This document shows, one piece after another, positions 52,983 to 63,300 of a stretch of 64,000 nucleotides of DNA. The stretch is from a virus (taxonomy: Duplodnaviria; Caudoviricetes), in the IMG/VR virus record IMGVR_UViG_3300037781_000006, positions 1 to 64,000 of that record; one strand, written 5' to 3'. The position numbers and the translations under genes are program-made. The stretch's first letter is position 1. Every line of letters begins with the position of its first letter. Below the pieces are notes generated by a model. That model was given only the letters and a program-made list of their open reading frames with translations. It was not told the origin of the DNA and ran no database searches.

Positions 52983-54302
52983 ATGACCGAAGAAGAGAAA
53001 CAGGCTCGCCTCCAAGCTCTGCTGGCAGAACAGGCACGTCGTCAGCAAGCTGCACCCGCTGCTGCCCCTCAAGCGGCTCCTGCTGCTGCACCTTCTGCAT
53101 CGGTGGCTCCTCCGCCCCAACGTGACATTGGTGCTGTGGTTTCGGCACTGGTGGCCAATGGTGGTATGGATACCGACCAGAACCGTGCAGTGAACTTCGC
53201 TTTCGAGCTTCAGGATCGTGATCGTGAAGCACAAGAACGTGCTCGTCGGGAACAGGAACGTCTGGCTGAAGAAGCTCAGTCTGAAGGCGTGGCTGATCTT
53301 GCTCTTGGTTTGGCTCTGAACCCGGAAGCTGATCCTGACAATCGTGCTGCTCTTTTGACTGATCCTGCTCTGGCGAACATGAGCGCGAATGATCGTCTGA
53401 ATGCTCTGATCCGGACTGGTGAGATCTTTGATGGTCCTCTGGCTGATGTGGTCAATCCTGAAGTCGAACCTGATGCAATCTCTCGTTCTGCTGCTGAAGC
53501 GTATCGAGCACGGGAGAGTGCTCGTATCGAGAACTCTCTGCAAGCACGTCTGCTTGAGCAAGCACAGGAATTCCAAGGGGATCCGGTGAATGCACTGATC
53601 CGTGATCTGGAAATCGGTCGTGATGGGGAAACCCGTGACGACTTTGATCGTCTGGATCTAGAACGTCGGATCGAAGCCATCTCCACGGAGTATGGTATTC
53701 CGCCTGAGCGAGTTGCTGTGGCAATGCACCAGAACTTCATTCGGGATCCAGACAATGACTGGGTGCCCTTCTTCGACATGACGCGGAACACCATCGAAAA
53801 CCGTTTCCCGGAAGACAAGGTTCGAGACTTCATTGAGACGAACCTGAGTCCTGAAGCGATTGATGCTCATTACAATCGTGTCCGTTCGAATCAAGAGAAC
53901 TCTCGTCGTCTGGGTCAGCTTGAGACTGAACTGACAGATCTTCGTGTCACTGCTGAACGGTATCGTCAGATTGGTCAGGAAATTCCTCCTGAACTCGAAG
54001 TGGCGATTGCTGACACCCAGTCTCGCATTCGGACTTTCGGACAACTTCCTCCGGAACCAGAGCCAGAACCTGAACGTGATCCGAACCCGAGTGCTGAAGT
54101 CAGTGATGACCGTATTCGGGAAGCGATCATCTTCGGGAACAACTACTTCACGCAAGCTGGGATCATGCCTCATGTCATTCACATGCGTCAGAACCCTGAT
54201 CAGCGTGCTGCGACTCTGGAACGGATCCAAGCCCACATCCAGAATGACCAGAATCTGACGGCAGACCAGAAGAACATCCTCTGGGCAGTTGCCAACCAGT
54301 GA
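52983..54302 (+). CDS. Ejection protein, C-terminal part of the gp51-position locus
   Basis: No Cys; SD GGAGG; directly upstream of vRNAP. Confidence 0.7.
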   Translation: MTEEEKQARLQALLAEQARRQQAAPAAAPQAAPAAAPSASVAPPPQRDIGAVVSALVANGGMDTDQNRAVNFAFELQDRDREAQERARREQERLAEEAQSEGVADLALGLALNPEADPDNRAALLTDPALANMSANDRLNALIRTGEIFDGPLADVVNPEVEPDAISRSAAEAYRARESARIENSLQARLLEQAQEFQGDPVNALIRDLEIGRDGETRDDFDRLDLERRIEAISTEYGIPPERVAVAMHQNFIRDPDNDWVPFFDMTRNTIENRFPEDKVRDFIETNLSPEAIDAHYNRVRSNQENSRRLGQLETELTDLRVTAERYRQIGQEIPPELEVAIADTQSRIRTFGQLPPEPEPEPERDPNPSAEVSDDRIREAIIFGNNYFTQAGIMPHVIHMRQNPDQRAATLERIQAHIQNDQNLTADQKNILWAVANQ

Positions 54303-54312
54303 TACGAAGAGT

Positions 54313-54349
54313 AAACAGTCCTTCAGAACCTCACACTGAAGGACTGTTT
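54313..54349 (+). promoter_or_regulatory. Perfect 14-bp hairpin covering the vRNAP Shine-Dalgarno
   Basis: AAACAGTCCTTCAG-AACCTCACA-CTGAAGGACTGTTT, then C-ATG at 54351. Confidence 0.65.
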
Positions 54350-54350
54350 C

Positions 54351-57300
54351 ATGACAGACTCCCTTAAAAAAGTGTTGGCGTCGGTTCCAGAGAATGCTCT
54401 GAATCCGAATGCTACTCCTGCTGCTCCCTCAGTTGAGGAGGTTCTGACGTATCAGCAGAATGCTCCCACTCCAGTGGAGATGGAACTTCAAGGGATCCGG
54501 GATCGGTATCGTTCGGAAGTGGACGATACTGTGGTCAATCCGGAACTGGTGGAACGTCTTCGAGATCCTGATTTCGTCGAAGCTCTTGCTGTCTCTCGTC
54601 GAGAAGGCAACGATCTGACCAATGAAGGTTTCGGTCGTGACCTCTTCGAGATGGACTATGCTGGTTTGTATGATCGGTATGGTCGAGATGTGGCCAATGA
54701 AGCATGGCGAGTCCAACAGGGTCGTGCATCTGACTATGATGCACGGACTGGTGAACGAACCACTGGTCAGAAAATCGGAGATACTGCTCTCGATTTCATC
54801 TCTGGTTTCACTTCGATGTCTGGCAACACATTTGGTCAGGCATTCTCTGCTGGTATCTCTGCACTGGATCCCAATCGAACTGTTCGTGAAGGTGCTGTGG
54901 CAACTGCTCAGACCACTCAGGATTTGTCGGACTGGATCACCAGTTTCCAGTCTGATGAGCGTCAGGCTTTCGACCGGATCATGAACATTGAGTCTGGTCT
55001 GGACAGCAACGACAACGATGATCGGTTTCAGCAAGACATTGAGAACGGTGACTCTGTGTTCGCTGCTTCTCTGAAGAACATTGGTCGGGACATCCTCAGT
55101 ACGACTGAACGTCTGATCGACAACCCATCGACGATTGCACCTTTGGTGGCTGAGAGCCTTGGTTCACTTGGACCTTCTGCCAAGATCGCTTCTGGTGGTT
55201 CCCGTCTGCTCAGTGGTGCTACGGCTCGTGCTGGAGGCAGTCAGACTGCCCAGCGTACTGCTGGGACTCTCGGTGCTGTAAGTGGTATCGGTCTTTCTGA
55301 AGCCTCTGGGGCCTATTCTCAGACCGTGAATGAAGTCATGGCAATGCCATTCGACTCTCTGGCTGAGAACTCTGATACCTATCGTCAACTTGTGGCAGAT
55401 GGGATGTCTCCTGAAGATGCTCGAACTCAGGTAGCCGGTATGGCTGGTGAACGGACGTTTGTCCGTCAACTTCCCACTGCTGCTCTCATTGGTTTGGTTT
55501 CGTCGAAGTTTGAAACTGGACCGATGCGTTCGTTCCAAGGTGTTCCTGTCACTCAGAACCTTCGGACCATGGCATCTCAAGCTCTCGAAGAATCTCTTCA
55601 GGGTGGCACTGGGACTTTCAACACCAACGTGGGTGTTCGAGACTTTGCTGATGAGAACCGGAACCTGAGCCAAGGTGTCGGATCTGACATGGTGACTGGT
55701 GCCATCGCAGGTGCTGGTATGGCTGGTGTCACTGGTGCTCCGAGCACGACTGTGAATGCTCTCCGTGGTTTGCTGGGTGAGACCCAGTACAACGATCCTC
55801 TGCGTCAGGACATCGTTGGTGCATCCCCTGCTCGTAGGGCTGTACAGACGGCAGGAGAGGCTCTCTCGCCCATCGTGGATGCTGCTGCACCTGTGGTGAA
55901 TGCTGCTCGTGAGCGGACCTCTGCTCTTGCTGGACGGGTATCTGAAGGTGTTCAGGAATATGCAGCCCGTCCGTCGTCCAAGGAAGTCACCCAGTCTGTG
56001 GAAGCTGCGGTGAACATTACCGAGGGTTTGCGTGAAGCGGTGGCAACAGGACAGCTTGAGGATACGGTTGCACAGATCGTATCACAGCCTGATACAGACG
56101 TTCCGTCTGCCAGCTTCACTGATGTGGCTGGTGGAAACCGGAGCCTGATGGACAACATCACTGGGATCACTGCGAAACTGGGATCGAAGAAGTTCCGTCC
56201 TTCGACTGCTGACACTGCATATGCTGCTGCTCAGTATCAGAAGCTGCGTTCTGTGGTGGGTGCTCTTCCGAAAGATCTCCAGACTGAAGCTGGTCGTATC
56301 CTGTCTTCCAAACTGGTTCAGGAACTCTCTGCCAAGGCTGAGAAGCTCGATCTGAACCGGAACCCGGAAGATGCAGATCCGATCACGACTCTGAATGTGG
56401 CAAAGACGAACCCTGCTAACGTCAATCCTGATGTGGCTGACAAGATCCTTGAGGAGTCTGGTGAAAACCTCACTCCGGAAGAAGCACGGTATGTTCGTGT
56501 GGCTTCGAAGATCGGTCGTATCGTCAACCGGAACGTCGAAAAGCAGGTTGAGATCCGGACCAATGAGAACATCAATCTCACTCAGGCGTCCCGTCCGAAG
56601 AAACAGGATCTGACCGTGGAAGGAGTATCACGGCAGATCCATGCTGAAGGGAAGACCGATGCCAATCTTCGGGCAAAGTATCGTTCCATCAACGACTTCG
56701 CACGGGACATCCTGAGTGCTGTGCAATCCGGAGAACAGACCGGGGCCTATCCTCCGGACGCTACAGTCATCAACCAAAAAGGACAGGTAGTGCCTGTTCG
56801 TCAGGTCATCCAAGAGATGGCCAACTTTGCCCAGCACATGAAGAACAAGGTGCAGGCACTGAACGAGTCTATCGCTGATGGTTACACCACTCAGGGTGGA
56901 CTTCGTGGTGGTAAGCTCAAGGACTTCGATGGTTTGGTGAACGGGAAGTTCCAGAACTCTTCGTTGTCTTCCAATGGTTTGCGTGGTGTTCGGTATTCCC
57001 CGGACAACGCCAACAGTGTTGCATTTGCGCAACAGGTTGCTCAGGACCAGAACGATCTGATCGAGGTCTACAATACCCTGCTGCAAGAGTTCCCTGAGAC
57101 CTTCGAAGGTTTTGAAGCTATCGAGCCTGTTGTTCTCACTCCAGCAACAGTTTCTGGGGAAACTACCCAAAATGACACTGATTCGTCCGTGGAAACAGAC
57201 GAGCAACCAACGGGTGTCGAGGAGTCTTCCGACGCCCCGGCGGAGGAAGCGACGAGCACCAGCGAGGATCTTCAAAACCCAACGGCTGACGAAGAGGTGA

Positions 57301-60300
57301 GCAGTTCCGAAGACGGAGTAGACGAGACCGGAGCGCAAGCGACGGACGAGACTACGACGGGTGAGGAAGTGGGAACCGATGAGTTGGCTGATGCCACTCA
57401 GGAAGACCGTGACCTGTTCAACCTGCTGAGTGATTCCAAGAACTGGGATCCGATTGAACGTGTTCGTGTGAAGGCTATCACGAACCAAGGACGTACTCAG
57501 ACCCGTGATCTCATCGAGAAGAACTTCGGACCCAAGCTGCTGAAGCGTGTCCGTCAGGTGACGATCTATCCGAAGTCTGTGGATGATGGATGGGGTTACG
57601 CATGGACTCCTGAAGGTCAAAGGACAGGTCAGATCTTCCTGTCTGAAGCCATGTTCGATGCTGAAGGCAATCTGACCAAGGAAGGTCGGAATGTGGTGAT
57701 CCATGAGATGGGTCACATCGTTGACTTCACCAATCGTTTCTACAGTGACGATCCGGGATCCATCTCGGAACGCAATGCTTTCCAGATCGGTGGAGTCATC
57801 GACCAAGAATGGCAGGCGATGGATCACAACGGGAATGAATTCCGTCAGAAACGGTACGAATACGTGGAGAGTTTTGGTCAGGAAGGTGATACTGATCAAC
57901 GTGCAGCGGAACTGTTCGCTGTTCTGGGTGAATACTTCTTCGCCCCGAACTCTCCGATGCTGGATAATGCACCGGAAACCCTTGCTCTGATGGAGGAACT
58001 ATATGGCCCGCGCCCCCAAGCAACTCGAACTCCCGCTGAGTCCACCAGTACCGAAGACGCCAGTACCTCCGACGGAGGAGATACCAGCATCGAAGGACAA
58101 TCCGACGAAGTAACGGAAGCTGGTCTGGGTGAGACCACTGGAGCAACTCCGGTGGTTACTCATCCCATGCTGGATGAGCACTTCGAACGTGGACAAGAAG
58201 CACCTCTGGACAGCATTACTGATCTGGAGAATGCTGAATTCAATCAGGAACATGCTTCGATCATTCGTGAACTGCTGCCTGAAGTGGCAGAAACCATGAA
58301 CCAACGCCTTCAGAAGAAGGTACGTGATGGTGGAATGGTGAAGAAGATCGTCGATCACATCCGTGATGGACGTGTCATGTTCAAGCGTTTCAAAGCTGGT
58401 GTCTTTGTGAACCCAGAGACTGGCACATACGATGCTCGTGTGCTGGATATGGCTGCCGTCGTACTGACGGATTTCATCGCCACTGCGGCTCCCAAAGATC
58501 CCAACAAGCTGGAAGACACTCTGGAAGCACTGGGGGTTACGATCAACGAGATCTCCGATGGTTCCCTGAATGCTGCTCTGAACGGCATTCCTCCGAGCCA
58601 ACTGAAGGATCAACTGGCTTCGGACTTCATGCGTCTCATGAACCTGCGTGAGAAAGAAACCTCTGGTGTGGGTGATCTGGAAGGGATCGCACAAGGTTTC
58701 GCTGCTGAGATGATCACTGTGATGGATCAGATGGGTATCGTGGATGTCACGACTCTGGATCTGAACCGTGATGCTGTGGAATCCGAGGCCACCACTGTTC
58801 TGGTGAATACGGATCGTCTGAAGACTTTTCAGAAGCGGATCCGGTCTGGAACTCGTCAGGGTGTTCCCAACACTGTCCGGGAAGGGATCTTCCAAGACAA
58901 ACGTGAGACCTACTCCATCGGTGAGAAGATCAAGGGTGTCTCCTCTCGTCAGTCTCGTGGCAACGTGGCTCTCTCTGAGCTTGAGCAACGTGCTCTGAAG
59001 AAGATGCAGGATACCCCGCATTACGTGAACGAAGCTCGTCTCCGCCTTCTGGAAGCTCTGGGAGATGGTCCTCTGATGCGGATGCTGGGATGGACTGATG
59101 GTGTGGAAGAGATGGGTCATCCTGTCCTGCGTCGCTCTGCACTGGGCAAGAACGCCTCCATCGACAAGAACATCCGGGAAGTCATCGAGATGATCGGTGC
59201 TCTGGCTGGAGATGTGTCTCAGGCCATCTACTATCCTGTGGGGATCACGAAGGTGGGTCGTCACCAGTATCAGGGACCGAACCCCCAATCGAACAAGCTG
59301 CTGCGTTTCCTCGCCACTCCGACGTGGAGTAACCTGAACATGGAATCCAAGGAAGACATGGATGCCTTCTGGCTCGGTGTTGCTCAGGCTTCTGGTTTGG
59401 CGAAGGTGGAGAAGGTGGATCAGGCTGCACTGCTTGAAACCATCAAGGAAGACTTTGCAGAGGATTTCGGTCCTGCTGTGGTCATGATGAAGGAACTCTT
59501 GGAAGGAGGTGCTTTCGATGCAGATGCTTTCGCAACTGCTGTGGGAACTGTCGGCCCTGAAGTCTTGGGTGCAATCGAGGCTGTTGCCTCTATGGAGATT
59601 GCTCAGGAAAACGGCCAGACGGAATTCAGTACATCTCTCAGCTTTGAACTGGATGGTTTGACCAACGGTGCAGCCAACATGATGGTCAACTTCGGCCATG
59701 GTCTGTTCACTCCTGATGAGTGGCAGAACCTGCGTCGTGTGGGTCTGTACCTTGGTGAGAAGGGGATGACCGTCAACCAGTTCTTCAAGGACAAAACCAA
59801 CCTCGATCTTTACGAAACCGTGGGTAAGGTCGGTGATCGGATGCTGGCTTTGGGTGGTAATCGCCTGAAACCATGGCAGAAAGAACAGCGTGCTGCTGCA
59901 CAACGTCTGGCTGCATCCATCGGTAACTTCGAGATGGTGAAGAACTCCGACGGAACCTACGACTACAAGATGACCCGGAACACGGCCAAGAACCCGATGA
60001 CGAAAGTCAACTATGGTTCTGGTGTGCTGGGTGTTGCTGTCGGTGTGGCAGATGACATGCTGCTGGCCTTCTATGAGAAGCTCCAGACTCTGGGTGAAGA
60101 GACCACCATGGACGATGTGTTCTATGCTGGTTTCGAGGCAGACATGAAAACCATGGGTCTGGAACTGCCTGCCAATTTCGATCAGAACTTCGTCTTCCCG
60201 AACGATCAGGTGGAGGCTTTCCGGAAGTCCATCATGTTCACGATTGGTCGTGTACTGACTGACTCGACTCGTGAAGTGCTGGGGAACCGGATCCAAGAAC

Positions 60301-63300
60301 TGAATGACATGCTGGTTCTCTCGACCAACATCCAGAACAACTACCTTCAGAAACTCTTCGACAAGAAAGTCGATGAGATGGCAGAACGTCTGGCTCGTGA
60401 AGGTGTCATCAAGCGGAACAAGAAAGGTGTCCCGAACAAGGGTGAGATCCCTCGTGCAGAGTGGAAGAAGCTGGAAGATGAACTGGGTCAACTGGGACCG
60501 ATCTTCCGGTCAGATGACCAGACTCTGGCAATCGGTGGCTTCGAGAAGAAGCTGACTGATTTGTTCCTGTCGTCGAACTATGACGAAGAACTCCGCCAGC
60601 CTGCAAGGATGCGTCGTCCTGATGAGGTGGGTGTGAAAGCCATTCCGTTCTCTGTGATCGGTACTGGCGACGCCATGATGATGAACCTCATCTTCGGTTC
60701 TGAAGGAGCACCCAACGATGTGCTGGGTATTTTCGATGGTTTGGATGTCCCAGTCGGGAAGGTGAAGGAATACGCTCCCTTCGTGAACCAGCAGGTTCTG
60801 AAGTCGTGGGATCGTGATGTCCTCTCGATGCCGATTGCGAACTTCCAAGGTTTCCTGAATTCTGTGGAAGATCAGGCACTTCTGAAAGAAGCTGAAGCTG
60901 AAGTGATCGGGAACTTCAAGAAAGAGACCGTTCAGACTTCCAGTGCAGCAGATCTCCTGAGCCAGATGGAACGTCGTCTGCGTGAGAACCGTGCTCGGAA
61001 GAAAGTCATGAAGCAGATGGCTGTGTCTGTCGATCAGATGGGTGGTTCTGACGTTGGTTTCACTCGTGATGGTGAGACTTGGGACTTCCATACTGTGAAC
61101 CAGCGGATCGACCGTGAGATGGAAGGCCGGGATCCTGATGCCCAAGAGCAAGTGACTGCTCCTGTCCGTGTTCTGTCTGGTAAAGCTGTGTTGGAAAACA
61201 CTCGTTGGACTCAGGCTCAGAAGAAGGTGGTGGAGATCCTGAAGCCTCTCATGGGTGATACCCGTGTGGTCTTCGGTACTCTGGACCAACTGAACCAGTG
61301 GCGTGCAGATCATGTCGCTCAGGATGGTGTCGTCCTGAAAGCCAAGGGTCAGTACGATGCAGCGAACGATATCGTCTTCATGACGAAATCCTCTGGTGAA
61401 ACCCTGCTTCACGAGATGGTTCACGCTGCCACGTACAACAAGGTTCTGGCTCACTACCAAGGTCAGCCCAACGATGCTGTGGCACGTCTGGAAGATCTTA
61501 TGGCTCAGTTCTTGGAACTGGATGGTGGTCAGAAGATCCGGGAAGCACAAGCTGCCATCAACCGTCGTCTGGTGAAGAATACTCCTGTGGCAAATGCCAA
61601 TGCTCTCAATGAGTTCATGGCCTATGCTCTGTCGTCTTCTCAGGTCCGTCAGAAGCTGGAAGGGACGCAAGCGAATATGCTTGCAAACCTGAAAAGCAAG
61701 GTAATTCGCTTGCTGCGTCGGATGATGGGTGGCGTTCCGGAGGATATGTTCTCTCATGTGGTCTTCAACACTCGGGTTCTTGGTGGACCTCCGAGTGATG
61801 GTGGAGGCAATGGTTCTGGTGGAGATGATGGAGGGGACGGTGGTCCGTCTGAGTCTTCGGATCCGTTCGGTGAATTCACCAACTACTGGATCCAGAACAT
61901 CCGGGAGTACATGGAGGGTCTTGGTCAGACTGGTGATCCGAAACTGATGAAAACCTCGCTCGATCTGTCTCGTGCGAAGAAGGTTATGGAAAACCTCCGT
62001 CAAGCTGGGATGCTTCGGAACAACAAGGACAAGGCCACGTTCAAGGCGATCTACGGTATCGTGCTGTCTGACATGAAGCTGGACAGCAATGCTCTGATCG
62101 GTCTGACGAAGGTCTTTGGTCATGTGGAAGAGAATCTGACTGCTGAGATGTTCGGTGACGGCTCTGAAGCTGGTAACACCTACTCTGCTGTGCTGAATGC
62201 TCTGCGTGAGTCCAAGGAACCGAGCCATGCTGTGGCTGTCCTGTTTGCTCTGAGCCAGACCTCTCAGAAATTCCGGGATGCTCTGGAGCAGATCCCTGCA
62301 CCGGAAGGTGGTCCTGTTGGTGATGGTTCCATCAATGACTTCCTGACCAAAGCTGCTGCATTCTCGATGCAGAAGCTCACTGGTTCGATGGACACGAACA
62401 AGGTTCCGGCAGATGTTTTGGCCACGGTTGCTGGTACGATCATCGACCATGATGTCGAGCGTGAATTCCGAGTGCTGAAAGGTGCTACGGAAACTCTCAC
62501 TGCCATGGATGATTACGTCTCTGGGAAGTTCACCCAGACGGCAGAGATGATGCGTGCAAAGAACCGTGAGGTTCAGGCTTCGACCCGTTCGGATACTCGG
62601 AAATACCTCGTGGCTGCTGCTACGTTTGCCACGAACTATCTGGACAAGCCGGGTACGGATCTGACGAACCAAGCCATCAAGAAGGTCACTCACATGGGGA
62701 TTCCGTTCCTCTCCATGGTTCCTGTCCGGGAATTGGTGGCTGAGATGATCGGTACGGATGCTCAGAACAAGAATGTGGTGGCTCTGCTGGACCGTGTGAA
62801 CGCCTCTGTGTCTGGTATGCGTCAGGCTTTCCGGGAAGATCTTCCGGGAATCTTGGATCGTTCGTTCAAGGAGTCTCCGACCAAGGAACAGTGGACTTCC
62901 ATGTTCAGGACTCTGGCGAAGACTGATTTCACCAGCATCGTGGATCTGGAGAACATGCAGGGTTCCATGAAGTATCTGGAAGAGTCGGGTACTCGTCAGG
63001 CTGAGATGCAGCGGATCGAGACCCAGCTTCAACAGTCTCTCACTGGTTCGAACTTCCAAGATGCCATCGAGAAAGGTCGTCAACTGGCTGCCTTCATGAA
63101 CGGAAAGTCTGTCGGTAAGCTCTTGGTTCGGAACGCATATGCGATTGGGAAGAACCTCGAAGGTGATGTCGATCAGGCAACGATTGATCTGCTGGATCGG
63201 TGGATCACTCTGGAAGCTGTGAATCAGATGGATCCTCAGACTCGGGAAGAGACTGTCCGTCTGTGGCAGGAAGATCCTGTGGGCATCCTCGGTATTGTGG

